The notes beneath the pieces were generated by a model. That model was not told the DNA's origin. It saw nothing but the letters and a program-made list of their open reading frames with translations, and searched no databases. Of a stretch of 64,000 nt of DNA, positions 50,572 through 61,008 are shown piece by piece. The translations under genes and the position numbers were made by a program. The stretch is from Syntrophaceae bacterium (GTDB lineage Bacteria > Desulfobacterota > SM23-61). The stretch is taken from the NCBI GenBank assembly GCA_013388675.1, contig JACAEW010000169.1, positions 115 through 64,114 on the forward strand, read 5' to 3'. Every line of letters starts with the position of its first letter. Within the stretch, counting starts at the first letter, position 1.

Positions 50572-50665
50572 ATACTCGTACGAAAACGCCCCCTCAGGGT
50601 CGCCCCTACTTTTTTTTGATTTTTGCGTCTGCGTTTATCCGGGTTCATCTGCGTCCCCAACGTCT

Positions 50666-51379
50666 CTATTTCCGGCAGTTCTGGCAGGTCTTCAGGAAAT
50701 CGAGGGAGACGCCGGTGGTCTTGGCCATCCACTCGAGTTGGTACTCCGGCGCGAAGTAGTTGCCGCATACCGGGCAAGCCGCCAGCTTGAAATCCCGCCC
50801 CCAGATGCTGCGCACTCCATCCTTTTCGGTCATGGCGATGGCCCCGGTGGGGCAAATGTAGTGGCAGGCTCCGCAGCCGATGCAAACCCCGGTGGGTTCG
50901 GCGTAGGGGGTTCCCACCTTCTTGATCGATCCCCGCATGGAAAGGCCGATGGCGCTGACCCCCACCGCCTCTTCGCAGGCCTTGACACACTGCCCGCAGA
51001 GGATGCATTTCCAGTTCCCTTCGTCCGGCTTGAAACGGAACTTTTCCACCCCCATCTTGCGGGCCATGCCGGCGATGACCTCGGAGTCGGGACAGCGCGC
51101 CCAAAGGAGCTCCAGGACCGTCTTGCGAACCAGCCGGACCTTCTCCGTCTGGGTCTGCACCTGCAGCCCTTCCTCCACCGGGTAGAGGCAGGAAGTGACC
51201 AGGCGCACCCGGGTCCCCTTTTTTACCTCCACCATGCAGAGGCGGCATCTTCCCTCCGGGCCCAGGGATTCATTGTGGCAAAGGGTGGGAATGTCGATCC
51301 CGTTGTCCCGGGCCACCTGCAGGACCGTGGCCCCCGGCTTCGCCTTGCAGGCCATTCCGTCGATCGTGATATTTACCAT
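50666..51379 (-). CDS. NuoG/HydA-N-terminal-like Fe-S subunit ([2Fe-2S] plus [4Fe-4S] clusters, no catalytic domain)
   Basis: ITIDG...CHNESLGPEGRCRLCMVEV (2Fe-2S), CILCGQCVKACE and CIGCGACHYICP (4Fe-4S), and C-terminal CPVCG...CQNC. Only 237 aa. Confidence 0.8.
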   Translation of the reverse strand: MVNITIDGMACKAKPGATVLQVARDNGIDIPTLCHNESLGPEGRCRLCMVEVKKGTRVRLVTSCLYPVEEGLQVQTQTEKVRLVRKTVLELLWARCPDSEVIAGMARKMGVEKFRFKPDEGNWKCILCGQCVKACEEAVGVSAIGLSMRGSIKKVGTPYAEPTGVCIGCGACHYICPTGAIAMTEKDGVRSIWGRDFKLAACPVCGNYFAPEYQLEWMAKTTGVSLDFLKTCQNCRK

Positions 51380-51487
51380 GGATTTATGTATCTCCTGGGT
51401 GATTTTCTTGGCGTTATGAGTCAGAAGTAACTAGCTTCTTTGGGTTGCGATCACGCCGCACTGCGTTCTCTGCGCCTCCGGGGTGAA

Positions 51488-53341
51488 TTATTTTTTCGCT
51501 ATCGCATCGAATTTGCACACGTCGTAGCAGATGCCGCACTTGATGCACTTGGCCGGGTCGATGGTATGGGGCTTTTTCACTTCGCCGGATACGGCCTTCT
51601 GCGGACACTCGCGGAAGCAGCGATGGCAGCCGGTGCAGAGGTCCTCCAATATCGTGTAGGTGATGAGCTCCTTGCAGACCCCGGCCGGACACCGCTTCTC
51701 CTGGATATGGGCCTCGTACTCGTCCCGAAAATACCGCAGGGTGGAGAGGACCGGGTTTCCCGCCGTCCCCCCCAGGGCACAGAGGGACCCCAAGGTAATG
51801 GCCTCGGCCAGTTCCTCGATCAGGGGGATGGATTCTTCGGTTCCCCGCCCTTCGGTAATGTCGATCAAAATCTCTTTCATCCGGCGCACGCCCTCGCGGC
51901 AGGGGACGCACTTCCCGCACGACTCCTCTTCCAGGAACTTGGTGAAGTACTTGGCCACGTCCACCATGCAGTCGGTCTCGTCCATGACGATCATCCCGCC
52001 CGACCCCATCATGGACCCGGCTTTGGTCAGTTCGTCGAAATCCACGGGCATGTCAATGAGCGACTTGGGAATGCAGCCGCCCGAGGGGCCGCCGGTCTGG
52101 ACGGCCTTGAACTCCTTGTCCTTCAGCATGCCGCCCCCGACCTTGAAGATGATGTCCCGGAGGGTGATCCCCATGGGAACCTCCACCAGACCGGTGTTCT
52201 TGACCTTCCCCACCAGGGAGAAGACCTTGGTCCCCTTGCTCCCTTTCGTTCCCAGGGAGGCGAACCAGTCTGCTCCCTTGTTAATGATCTCGGGAACGTT
52301 GGCCCAGGTCTCCACGTTATTTAGGTTGGTGGGTTTGTCCCAAAGGCCCCTTTCCACCGTGTGGATGTACTTGGCCCGGGGTTCTCCGGCGCGGCCCTCC
52401 AGCGAGGCCATGAGCGCCGAGGACTCGCCGCAGACGAAGGCGCCGCCGCCGCGGTTGATGCGGATATCAAAGTCGAAACCGGAATTGAAGATATTTTTGC
52501 CCAGGAAGCCGTAGGCCCGGCACTGATCAAGGGCGATGTTCAGGTGTTTCACTGCCAGGGGGTACTCGTTCCGCACATAGATATATCCCTGGTTGGACCC
52601 GATGGCGAAGGCCCCGATGATCATTCCTTCGATCACGCTGTGGGGGTCTCCTTCCATGATGGACCGGTCCATGAAGGCCCCCGGGTCCCCTTCGTCCCCG
52701 TTGCACACCACGTAGCGCACGTCCCCGTGAGCCTCCCTGCATGACCTCCATTTCCGCGCGGCCGGAAACCCGCCTCCCCCGCGCCCCCGCAGGCCGGACT
52801 TTTCCACGGTGGCGATGATCTCCTCGGGGGTCATGGAAGTCAGAGCCTTGCCCAAAGCGGCGTATCCGCCGTGAGCGATGTACTCCCGGATGTTGGTGGG
52901 GTCGATTCTGCCGTTATTCCGGAGGGCAATGCGCATCTGGTGCTTGTAAAAAGGAATCTCATCGTGACGGGGGACCTTCTTCTTGCTCTGGGGGTCCTCG
53001 TAAAGCAGGCGCTCGACCGTGGCCCCTTTGACCAGAGTTTCTCCCACAATCTCCGCCGCGTCTTTGACGGCGACCCGCTGGTAGAAGATATCCTGAGGAT
53101 AGATGGTCACCAGGGGGCCTCGTTCGCAAAACCCGTGGCACCCGGTTTTTTTCAGCATCACCCTACCATCCAGCCCCTGTTTTTTCATCTCTTCAGCCAG
53201 GGCCTCGACAACCTGCTCGGCGCCGTTGGAAAGGCACCCGGTTCCGCCGCAGACGGTGACTTCCGGCTGTCCGGGTTTCAACTCCGTCAAAATGGTTTGT
53301 TTCAATTTCTGCAATTCTGGAAGGGTCTTAATCTTTTCCAT
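51488..53341 (-). CDS. NuoF/HydB-like NADH-binding flavoprotein subunit with extra Fe-S domains
   Basis: N-terminal thioredoxin-like [2Fe-2S] domain (CGGTGC...CHGFCERGP), FMN/NADH site [24 protein letters not shown], and C-terminal 2x CxxCxxCxxxC. Start is ATG 53341 (after GGAAGGA) or 53359. Confidence 0.85.
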   Translation of the reverse strand: MEKIKTLPELQKLKQTILTELKPGQPEVTVCGGTGCLSNGAEQVVEALAEEMKKQGLDGRVMLKKTGCHGFCERGPLVTIYPQDIFYQRVAVKDAAEIVGETLVKGATVERLLYEDPQSKKKVPRHDEIPFYKHQMRIALRNNGRIDPTNIREYIAHGGYAALGKALTSMTPEEIIATVEKSGLRGRGGGGFPAARKWRSCREAHGDVRYVVCNGDEGDPGAFMDRSIMEGDPHSVIEGMIIGAFAIGSNQGYIYVRNEYPLAVKHLNIALDQCRAYGFLGKNIFNSGFDFDIRINRGGGAFVCGESSALMASLEGRAGEPRAKYIHTVERGLWDKPTNLNNVETWANVPEIINKGADWFASLGTKGSKGTKVFSLVGKVKNTGLVEVPMGITLRDIIFKVGGGMLKDKEFKAVQTGGPSGGCIPKSLIDMPVDFDELTKAGSMMGSGGMIVMDETDCMVDVAKYFTKFLEEESCGKCVPCREGVRRMKEILIDITEGRGTEESIPLIEELAEAITLGSLCALGGTAGNPVLSTLRYFRDEYEAHIQEKRCPAGVCKELITYTILEDLCTGCHRCFRECPQKAVSGEVKKPHTIDPAKCIKCGICYDVCKFDAIAKK

Positions 53342-53813
53342 GGGATTTTCCTTCCCCATCCGGTCGGTATTCTTGGACGATCTTATGAATCTGGTCGGCG
53401 GTCACTTTGCCGTAATTTTTCTGGTCCACCCGCACCAGCGGCGCCAGGGCGCAGGCCCCTAGGCAGTTCACCGTTTCCAGGGTGAACTTCATGTCCTTGG
53501 TGGTCCCCCCGGCTTTTACCTCCAGGGTGCGTTCAAAATTCTCCACGAGCCGCTGGCCTCCCCTTAGGTGGCAGGCGGTGCCCAGACACACGTGGACCTC
53601 GTGCTCCCCCCGGGGGACCAGGCTGAACGATTTATAAAAAGTCGCCACGGCGTAGGCCTGGGTCAGGGGTATTTTCAGTCGATTGGCCACCAGGCCGATC
53701 GCCTCTTTGGGAAGATACCGGTATTCCGCCTGAATATCCTGGAAGATGGCGATAAGCCAGTTCTTCTCCCCGTTATATTTGGTGATGATCTCATTGACCT
53801 TCTTCAAATCCAT
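53328..53813 (-). CDS. NuoE/HydC-like thioredoxin-fold [2Fe-2S] subunit
   Basis: [13 protein letters not shown] and [11 protein letters not shown] cluster ligands. 161 aa. Confidence 0.85.
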   Translation of the reverse strand: MDLKKVNEIITKYNGEKNWLIAIFQDIQAEYRYLPKEAIGLVANRLKIPLTQAYAVATFYKSFSLVPRGEHEVHVCLGTACHLRGGQRLVENFERTLEVKAGGTTKDMKFTLETVNCLGACALAPLVRVDQKNYGKVTADQIHKIVQEYRPDGEGKSHGKD

Positions 53814-53842
53814 TTTATTCTCCGGGTGATTTTGAGTCTGAC

Positions 53843-53861
53843 GGGCGCGCGCCGCGCGCCC
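53843..53861. repeat. GC palindrome (REP-like variant)
   Basis: gggcgcgcg-c-cgcgcgccc followed by ctac. Lies between the nuoE-like and porB genes. Confidence 0.5.
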
Positions 53862-53928
53862 CTACGATCCAGGGTCCAATGGTCTTATTCTTCGCTTCCG
53901 AACGGGGGACCCGCCGGCTCGCCCCGAC

Positions 53929-53963
53929 TTTCCGCATTCCGAATTTTCCATTCCGCATTTTCA
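53929..53963. repeat. Heptamer tandem tract, ATTCCGC-type, about 5 units
   Basis: Read directly: tttccgc attccga attttcc attccgc attttca. Overlaps the porB stop. Confidence 0.55.
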
Positions 53964-54896
53964 AAGGGCTTTCCCCATCTCCACCTTGGCCTTCAGGGCC
54001 TTGTATTCTTCCGAGACTCTTTTCTGAATCTGCTCAACGAGCTCCGGGGTTAAGTGGCGGAATCGGCCCTGCCCCTGGAGGTAGTCCTGTACAGGCCGCA
54101 ACTTCGGAAAATCGATGGTCATCCGGTATTTCCCCCGTTCCACCTCATACAAGGGAAAGACCCCAGTCTCCACGGCCAGCCTGCCGTAGCGGATGGCCAA
54201 ATCCGAGGGAATCCTCCATCCGGTAGGGCAGATGGAAAGGATGTGGATGTAGGAAGGCCCCTGGATCGACTTGGCCTTCTCCACCTTTTCCATGAGGTCG
54301 AAGGGGTAGCTGGAGCAACCCGTGGCCACGTAAGGAATGTTATGGGCCGCTGCGATGGCGGCCATGTTCTTCTTCCAGGTCATCTGCCCGAAACTCGCCT
54401 TGCCCGGCGGGGAAGTGGTGGTCATCGCTCCGAAGGGAGTGGAACTGGAACGTTGGATTCCGGTATTCATGTAGGCTTCGTTGTCGAAGCAGCAGTAGAT
54501 CATATCGTGGCCGCGCTCCAGAGCTCCCGATAGGGCCTGGAGCCCGATGTCCGAGGTTCCCCCGTCCCCGCCCATGCCCACGGCTTTGACGTATTTATCG
54601 GGGATGCGGCCTTTGCGTCTCAAAACCTTCAGCCCGGCCTCCACCCCCGAGGCCACGGCAGCCGCATTTTCAAAGGCCACGTGAATCCAGGGGACTTCCC
54701 AGGCGGTGCTGGGAAAAGCGGAAGAGATGATTTCCATGCACCCTGTGGCGTTGGCGATGATCGTATTTCGCCCCAGAGCCTTAAGAACATAGCGGACCGC
54801 CAAAACCTCGGCACACCCCTGGCAAGCCCGGTGCCCGGAAACGATCGGTTCCCGGCCGCTGATCAGCTTGGGAACGTAAACTTGGTATTTATCCAT
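53961..54896 (-). CDS. 2-oxoacid:ferredoxin oxidoreductase, beta (TPP-binding) subunit
   Basis: GHRACQGCAEV, TPP motif GMGGDGGTSDIGLQALS...NEAYMNTG. Start ATG 54896 lies 6 nt after GGGGAG. Confidence 0.85.
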   Translation of the reverse strand: MDKYQVYVPKLISGREPIVSGHRACQGCAEVLAVRYVLKALGRNTIIANATGCMEIISSAFPSTAWEVPWIHVAFENAAAVASGVEAGLKVLRRKGRIPDKYVKAVGMGGDGGTSDIGLQALSGALERGHDMIYCCFDNEAYMNTGIQRSSSTPFGAMTTTSPPGKASFGQMTWKKNMAAIAAAHNIPYVATGCSSYPFDLMEKVEKAKSIQGPSYIHILSICPTGWRIPSDLAIRYGRLAVETGVFPLYEVERGKYRMTIDFPKLRPVQDYLQGQGRFRHLTPELVEQIQKRVSEEYKALKAKVEMGKAL

Positions 54897-54925
54897 TTTT
54901 AACTCCCCAAAACGGGAATTCAAAA

Positions 54926-54988
54926 GTCAGAATCCAGAACCGAAAATTTTTATCCTGGATTCTGGCTCCTGAATTCTGGATTCTTATT
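54926..54988. repeat. Inverted heptamer tracts (CAGAAYC / GRTTCTG)
   Basis: gtcagaa tccagaa ccgaaaa ... cctggat tctggct cctgaat tctggat. The left and right parts are mutually complementary. Lies between porA and porB. Confidence 0.55.
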
Positions 54989-56167
54989 TCATCCTCTGAT
55001 CCCGATGGTGTAGAACTCTTCGACCTTCTTCTTGCCCTTGAGCTTCAGGGCCTGATCGACCATTTCTTCGAAATGCTCCGGGGGAACGTCGCGCCCCCCG
55101 AGGCCGGCGATGAAACTGATGACCTTGGGCCTTTTGGTCTGGCCGTAGAGGGCGGACTTGATTTCCGAAGCAACCGGCCCCCCGATTCCTCCGGTGGAAA
55201 TCGCCCGGTCCATGACCACCAGCATTTCCACCCCTTTCATGGCCTCGCGGATGTCCTCGAAGGGAAACGGACGCCAGAGCCGGAGCTTCAGCAGGCCCAC
55301 GGAAATCCCTTTCTTCCGCATGCGGTCCACCGCTTCCATGGCCACCTCCCCGAAGCTGCCCATGGTGAGGAGAGCCAATTTGGCCCCGTCCATACGATAG
55401 GTTTCGATGGGACGATAATGCCGGCCGGTACGTTTTCCCCATTCCTTCCATACTTCCAGGATGACCGGATAGGAATTTCTCAGGACAATGTCCTGGGCCT
55501 TCCGGACTTCGGAATAGACCTCCGGCATGCCGAAGGCTCCCATGGTTACGGGCTGGTCGGGGTGCAGCCGGTAAACGGGCTGGTATGGCGGAAGGAACTG
55601 GTCCACCATCTCCTGACTGACTTCCACGATCGGCTCCACCACGTGGCTCAGGGTGAACCCGTCGAGGTTGACGATCATTGGCGTCAGAACGCGGGGGTCT
55701 TCTGCAATCCGGAACGCGCAGATCGTATGGTCGTAGACTTCCTGGCCATTCTCGGTGAAGACCTGGACCCAGCCGCAGTCCCGGCAGGTCATGATATCGC
55801 TGTGGTCGTTCCAGATACTCAAGGGGGCGGACATGGCCCGGTTGGCCACCGACATGACCACCGGCAGTCGCATTCCCGAAACGATATACAGGATTTCACT
55901 CATCAGCGCAAGCCCTTGAGCGCTGGTGGAGGTATAGGTGCGGGCGCCGACTGCCGAGGTGCCGGCACAGACTGACATGGCCGAGTGCTCCGATTCCACC
56001 GGGACAAACTCCGCATCCAGCTCTCCATTGGCCACCAGCTCGGAAAGGTGCTCCACGATATGGGTCTGGGGAGTGATCGGATAAGCGGAAATGGCTTCCG
56101 CCCGGGCCAGCTTCACCGCCTCGGCGGCGGCGATGGAAACTTCCATTCCTACGCGTTTATCCGTCAT
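54989..56167 (-). CDS. 2-oxoacid:ferredoxin oxidoreductase, alpha subunit
   Basis: AISAYPITPQTHIVEHLS...ESEHSAMSVCAG...TSAQGLALM. Start overlaps the delta-subunit stop (ATGA at 56164-56167). Confidence 0.85.
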   Translation of the reverse strand: MTDKRVGMEVSIAAAEAVKLARAEAISAYPITPQTHIVEHLSELVANGELDAEFVPVESEHSAMSVCAGTSAVGARTYTSTSAQGLALMSEILYIVSGMRLPVVMSVANRAMSAPLSIWNDHSDIMTCRDCGWVQVFTENGQEVYDHTICAFRIAEDPRVLTPMIVNLDGFTLSHVVEPIVEVSQEMVDQFLPPYQPVYRLHPDQPVTMGAFGMPEVYSEVRKAQDIVLRNSYPVILEVWKEWGKRTGRHYRPIETYRMDGAKLALLTMGSFGEVAMEAVDRMRKKGISVGLLKLRLWRPFPFEDIREAMKGVEMLVVMDRAISTGGIGGPVASEIKSALYGQTKRPKVISFIAGLGGRDVPPEHFEEMVDQALKLKGKKKVEEFYTIGIRG

Positions 56168-56457
56168 TTCTCTTCCTCCACCATCTTGATGCAACCCGTC
56201 CAGCACTCCCGGGCGCAAATGCCGCACCCCTTGCAATAATCCAGGTTGGCCAGAAAATACCCCTCCTCATTCTTATAGATGGCCGCATCCGGGCAGAAAA
56301 CCCAGCAGACCCCGCATTTGATGCATTTCGAGGTGTCCACCACCGGGCGCTGGGACTTCCAGTCGCCGGTCTTGTATTCCCGGGCGTTTCCGGGCTCGGC
56401 CACCACGCAGCCGAGCGGAATATCCTTCCAGGTGAATTGATCGATCGGTTTGGTCAC
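56164..56457 (-). CDS. 2-oxoacid:ferredoxin oxidoreductase, delta (2x[4Fe-4S]) subunit
   Basis: CIKCGVCWVFCP and CKGCGICARECW motifs. 97 aa. Confidence 0.8.
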   Translation of the reverse strand: MTKPIDQFTWKDIPLGCVVAEPGNAREYKTGDWKSQRPVVDTSKCIKCGVCWVFCPDAAIYKNEEGYFLANLDYCKGCGICARECWTGCIKMVEEEK

Positions 56458-56570
56458 GGTATTTCCTCCGCTCCTTTTAGAAACATTCTGTGAAGCGCGT
56501 ACCTTCTCCCCCTAACTCGCTTTTTCCTCCATCGTTCGACGGGAATTTGAGGGAAGGAATGGCGGTCTTT

Positions 56571-57119
56571 TCAGTTGTCGAGGGTCGTCTCGTCATAAGC
56601 CCGACGGAGCGCTTTGAGGTTCCTTTCCGCTCCTCGACCGAAGCGGGTTTTCAGAGGAGGGGTCAGCGAATCCAGCGATACGATTCCGGTTGCCCGGATG
56701 AGAGCACCCAACATCGTCGTGTTGACGATGGGAAGGCCTAATTCTTCCCGGGCGATCCGGTCGGCGTCCACGGCGGCCAAGCGGGCCTGGTACCCGAATT
56801 CGGTGCGAATTTGATCGAGCGCCTTGTGGGTGTTTAGGATGATTAACCCGCCGGGTTTCAGCCCTTGGGAGGGATCCACGATTTTCAGCAGGCTGGGATC
56901 CAGGACCACGGCAACATCCGGAGCATAGATCTTGGACCGTAAGCGAATATAATGATCATTCACCCGGGAAAAGGCGACCACCGGCGCACCCCTTCGCTCC
57001 GGCCCGAAACTGGGAAATCCCTGAGCGAATTTACCTTCTTCGATGGCCGCCAGGGCGAGAAGCTCAACCGAGGTAACCGCCCCCTGTCCTCCGCGTCCAT
57101 GAAAACGAACCTCAATCAT
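56571..57119 (-). CDS. 2-oxoacid:ferredoxin oxidoreductase, gamma subunit
   Basis: IEVRFHGRGGQGAVTSVELLA...FPSFGPERRGAPV is typical of PorG. Confidence 0.85.
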   Translation of the reverse strand: MIEVRFHGRGGQGAVTSVELLALAAIEEGKFAQGFPSFGPERRGAPVVAFSRVNDHYIRLRSKIYAPDVAVVLDPSLLKIVDPSQGLKPGGLIILNTHKALDQIRTEFGYQARLAAVDADRIAREELGLPIVNTTMLGALIRATGIVSLDSLTPPLKTRFGRGAERNLKALRRAYDETTLDN

Positions 57120-57197
57120 GACTATATTATCCTCAATTCCCTTTTATTTTTTAATGACCAAGATCACCCATAGAAACCCTATTGACGACCCTTTTCC

Positions 57198-57226
57198 ACA
57201 TAACATATCCGTCCTAAAAGTGTCAA
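57198..57226 (-). promoter_or_regulatory. Sigma70-like promoter for the 2-oxoacid oxidoreductase operon
   Basis: On the minus strand: TTGACA (57226-57221), 17-nt spacer, TTATGT (57203-57198). About 80 nt upstream of the gamma-subunit ATG. Confidence 0.35.
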
Positions 57227-57329
57227 CCCTAATTATGAATGAACCTTCAGTCAGGAGGGTTGAAGCAGAAAGGTTGCAAACCCGTCGGCTAGATGATAAT
57301 ATTCACCCAGGTTCTTCGGAGGGGCTCCC

Positions 57330-57818
57330 GTGAAAAATAAAAAGATTAAGAATATCAAGGAAATAAAATCAATTGTGGGTCGCTTAAAGGGCCTGAAGAA
57401 AAAAGTCGTATTCACCAACGGCTGCTTCGACATCCTCCATGTGGGACACATCCGGTACTTGAAAAAAGCCCGAAGCCTGGGGGACATCCTTGTTGTTGGG
57501 CTGAATACCGACCGGTCCGTCAGAGAGATCAAAGGGGAGAAGAGGCCCATCGTTCCCCAGGATGAAAGAGCGGAAGTTCTGTCGACCCTGGAGTTCGTCG
57601 ATTACGTAGTCCTCTTCGATGACCCCGATCCACTTTCCCTAATTAAGGAGATAAAGCCTAATTTATTGGTGAAAGGGGCGGATTGGACCAAAGACAAAAT
57701 TATCGGCCGGGATGTTGTGGAAAGAGCCGGCGGCCGAGTGGCCCGGGTCCCATTGGTGCCCGGAGCTTCGAGCACCGGAGTCATCGAAAAGATCCTTCAG
57801 GCTTATTGCCGGGGATGA
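57330..57818 (+). CDS. D-glycero-beta-D-manno-heptose 1-phosphate adenylyltransferase (RfaE domain II type)
   Basis: VVFTNGCFDILHVGHIRYL (HxGH), DERAEVLSTLEFVDYVVLF. GTG start. Confidence 0.8.
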   Translation: MKNKKIKNIKEIKSIVGRLKGLKKKVVFTNGCFDILHVGHIRYLKKARSLGDILVVGLNTDRSVREIKGEKRPIVPQDERAEVLSTLEFVDYVVLFDDPDPLSLIKEIKPNLLVKGADWTKDKIIGRDVVERAGGRVARVPLVPGASSTGVIEKILQAYCRG

Positions 57819-57967
57819 ATGCGTGGGGCCTGCAGGCGGTTGAACCTCCGGTCCGGTTGAAGAAACTTCCTACTTATGCTAGAAGAGCGATAGAGTGGAT
57901 TTTGAGAGGAGCGCTGAATCCTCTTCTCGGTAAATAAAAACCCTTAACGCAAAAGGAGGAGCCATTC

Positions 57968-58894
57968 ATGAGTAAAGCCATAATCACCGCGGCCATCACG
58001 GGTTCCATCCATACCCCGACCATGACCCCGTACCTTCCCATTACCCCGGACCAGATCGCGGACAATGCCATTCAAGCCTGGGAGGCCGGGGCCGCGGTCT
58101 GTCACATCCACGCCCGCAACCCGGAGAACGGCATGCCCTCCCCCGACATAGAGATTTTCAAAAAGATCATTACCAAGATCAAGAGCAAGTGCGATATGGT
58201 GGTATGCACCACCACGGGTGGCGGCCTGGGGATGACCCCGGAGCAGAGGGTGGCCATCGTCTCATCCTGCAAGCCCGAACTGGCCTCCTGCAACATGGGC
58301 TCAATGAATTTCGCCTTATTCCCCATCCTGGATAAGATGAAAGAATTCAAGTACCCCTGGGAAAAACAATACCTGGAATTCACCGAGGACCTGATTTTCC
58401 CCAATACCTTCAAGTCCCTGCGCGTCTTCCTGAATATCTTCAATGAAAACCAGACCAAGCCCGAGCTGGAAATTTATGACGCCGGAATGATCAACAACGC
58501 GGCCTTCATGATCGAGCGGGGACTTTTGAAAACTCCGATTTACATTCAGTTCGTTTTGGGCATTCTGGGCGGCATGCAGGCCAGCATCGAAAACCTGGTC
58601 TTCCTGCACGAGTCGGCCCGCCGCATCCTGGGAGAGAAGAACTTCGTTTGGTCGGTCTGCGCCGCCGGCAGAAACCAGATGCCCATGTGCACGCATGCTC
58701 TCCTCATGGGGGGAAACGCCCGGGTCGGCCTGGAAGATGCCGTCTGGCTGGACAAGGGCGTCTACGCAAGAAATAACGCCGAGCAGGTCTTCAAGATCAT
58801 CCGGATTGCCAAGGAATTCGGTATCGAGCCGGCAACCCCTGCGGAAGCCCGGAAAATGCTGGGCCTGAAGGGGTTGGATAAGGTGGGATTCTAA
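57968..58894 (+). CDS. 3-keto-5-aminohexanoate cleavage enzyme family (BKACE/DUF849) protein
   Basis: IITAAITGSIHTP...AAVCHIHARNP is typical of BKACE. AGGAGGAG lies upstream. Confidence 0.8.
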   Translation: MSKAIITAAITGSIHTPTMTPYLPITPDQIADNAIQAWEAGAAVCHIHARNPENGMPSPDIEIFKKIITKIKSKCDMVVCTTTGGGLGMTPEQRVAIVSSCKPELASCNMGSMNFALFPILDKMKEFKYPWEKQYLEFTEDLIFPNTFKSLRVFLNIFNENQTKPELEIYDAGMINNAAFMIERGLLKTPIYIQFVLGILGGMQASIENLVFLHESARRILGEKNFVWSVCAAGRNQMPMCTHALLMGGNARVGLEDAVWLDKGVYARNNAEQVFKIIRIAKEFGIEPATPAEARKMLGLKGLDKVGF

Positions 58895-58983
58895 GATTTC
58901 CGGGAAAGGATTTCATGGCCAAAGGACCGGTCTGCGCGGGGGCCGGTCCGTTCTTTCCCATAAACCTGTAAGATCGCGCGTCT

Positions 58984-60216
58984 TCAGATGGATTCCCGCA
59001 TGGCTTTCCCGGCAATCGTCCGGTGCAGCTCCTCCCTTTTCTGCAAGACCAGCCGGATATCGATATGGCAGACTTCGCAGACTTTCCGGGTGATCTCGTC
59101 CACTCCCGGGGGACATCCGGGAACAAAAGGGAATCGCCCTTCCAGTCTTTGCGCGCACTTTCCGATGGCCACCGCCTTCTCAGCAGGAAGGACCTCCGGC
59201 GCTTCCCCCAGGACGACGGTTAATCCGCTCAACCGATCCACCTGCTGGGCCAGACGAATGTAGATGAGGGTGCTGATGAACTCATTGGTACAGCCGGTGC
59301 AGGCCTTCTCCCCCAGCACGGCAAGTCCCGGATAGCGGCTTTTCACCGCTTCGAAGGCCGGTCGAAAGGGACGCCGGACCTCGGAAATGGCCTCCCCGCA
59401 TACTTCGATTCTTTCCGGGTCGGCAATCCCCAACCCTTTTTCCTGGCAATACTGCAGGTGCATGACCTCCCGCACTTCCACTCCCATGATCCGGGCAAAG
59501 ACGCTGTCCAGGGCCACGGGGTCCCGGCTGGCCCCGACCAACCCCGGGCGGACGCAGTCATCCGGATATTCCCAGAGCCCCTCCATCCCGACAAGCCCGT
59601 CCACTACGGTAAAGTGGGGTTTGACCGCGGTGTTCAGGTCGGCGATAGCCAGTTCCAGGCCCAGTTGATGGGTTTTTCTCTTCTCTCCGCCGGGCATAAC
59701 CCCTTTCATGTTTTTTAGGCTCAGGGTTATGGCAGAGCGGATGTGGGTTTTCATGACGGGGATGCTGATGATCACATCGCTCTCCAGGACGGTGCTGGCG
59801 ATCTTGACCGTTTTCATCGCCAGGGCCCCCGGGATTTCCACCTCCCGGTGAGAGTCCCGGTTCAGGTCCACCACCGGAACCCCCAGTCTTTCCGCTTCCG
59901 CCTTGGTGCCCGATTCCTCCAGGGCCATCATCGTGTCCTGCAGGTCGGGAAAGTCGTACCCCACGGCCGATCCCTCTCCGATCACCACGCGCGAGGGTTT
60001 TCTCTCCAATATGATTTTGGTCACCGCCCCGGTGATCCGGGCATCGGTTATTTTTCCCGTTCCCGACCGATCGCGGGAGCAGATGTTGGGCTTGATGAGG
60101 ACCCTGGACTCGGGTCCGATCAGGCCATCCAGGCCGCCGGCCAATTCGATGGCCCTCCGGACGGCCGATTCGACATCCGCCCCGACTCTCACCACGGATA
60201 CCACGGATTTTTCCAT
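58984..60216 (-). CDS. DUF362 domain protein
   Basis: VLIKPNICS...VVIGEGSAVGY...VMKTH motifs of DUF362, plus a Cys-rich C-terminal extension (CTGCTNE, GCPPG). Start ATG 60216 lies 6 nt after GGAG. Confidence 0.7.
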   Translation of the reverse strand: MEKSVVSVVRVGADVESAVRRAIELAGGLDGLIGPESRVLIKPNICSRDRSGTGKITDARITGAVTKIILERKPSRVVIGEGSAVGYDFPDLQDTMMALEESGTKAEAERLGVPVVDLNRDSHREVEIPGALAMKTVKIASTVLESDVIISIPVMKTHIRSAITLSLKNMKGVMPGGEKRKTHQLGLELAIADLNTAVKPHFTVVDGLVGMEGLWEYPDDCVRPGLVGASRDPVALDSVFARIMGVEVREVMHLQYCQEKGLGIADPERIEVCGEAISEVRRPFRPAFEAVKSRYPGLAVLGEKACTGCTNEFISTLIYIRLAQQVDRLSGLTVVLGEAPEVLPAEKAVAIGKCAQRLEGRFPFVPGCPPGVDEITRKVCEVCHIDIRLVLQKREELHRTIAGKAMRESI

Positions 60217-60486
60217 GCCCATCTCCTGCAGCCGCTTCAGCCCGCTTGAATGCCATATTTTCCCGGCCCGCTGGCTATTTTGTCTTTCCAGACTACCCCA
60301 ACCGAGTCCCCATATCCACAGGAAAAAAAACCTCGCCCACGGACCCTTTTGGGGGACCCCTCTTTTTTGACTGCCACCCTCCCCGCCAAAAATTTTCCCT
60401 GGACGATTGAACCAAAATTGATTATATTCGGGCAGACAATCGGAAGACCTATCCATCCGAATTTAGAAAAAAATGGAGGGACGCGT

Positions 60487-60900
60487 ATGAAAAGAGGGTT
60501 CTCGGCTGCGTTTCTGGTGATTTTCATCCTATTTTCACCCCTTTGGGCTCCTGCCCAAACCGTATACACGGGGCTAATCTTCGATGCCCAAAATCTGGCC
60601 TTCACTCCCTCGGCTTCGGTGAAAATCCTCGACGAGGACGGGCGGGAGGTGTACGGCTCGGCCTATGTATCCAAGGAATGGGTGGAAAAGCATGGAATCG
60701 TAAGCTATGTGAAAGACCTGGCCCAGGCAAAGGCCAACCAGCGGGTTGCCGGAAATCCCCTGGTGATCAAGGCCCTCAAAGTCGCGGGACCGAACAATAG
60801 GGACCTGGTCATCTCCAACGAAGACGCTCGCCGGATTCGTGACCTCGCCAAACACCTTAATTTCCTGGATGCTGCCAAGGTCGTGATTATCGTCCCCTAA
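60487..60900 (+). CDS. Secreted protein, unknown function
   Basis: Signal peptide MKRGFSAAFLVIFILFSPLWAPA-QT. ATG 60487 lies 7 nt after GGAGGG. The longer ORF from 60250 was rejected. Confidence 0.5.
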   Translation: MKRGFSAAFLVIFILFSPLWAPAQTVYTGLIFDAQNLAFTPSASVKILDEDGREVYGSAYVSKEWVEKHGIVSYVKDLAQAKANQRVAGNPLVIKALKVAGPNNRDLVISNEDARRIRDLAKHLNFLDAAKVVIIVP

Positions 60901-60933
60901 CCCCTTTTTTCGGCTTTTTCCAGGACCAGGGGG

Positions 60934-60955
60934 GGGATGGGTCCGCGCCCATCCC
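60934..60955 (+). terminator. Hairpin after the secreted-protein gene
   Basis: gggatggg-tccgcg-cccatccc, with a T-run (cctttttt) about 10 nt further on. The ATG at 60937 lies inside the stem. Confidence 0.35.
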
Positions 60956-61008
60956 TCCGCCTGCCTTTTTTCATATTCAAACGGCCCGCCCTTATGCTAA
61001 TAATAAAT

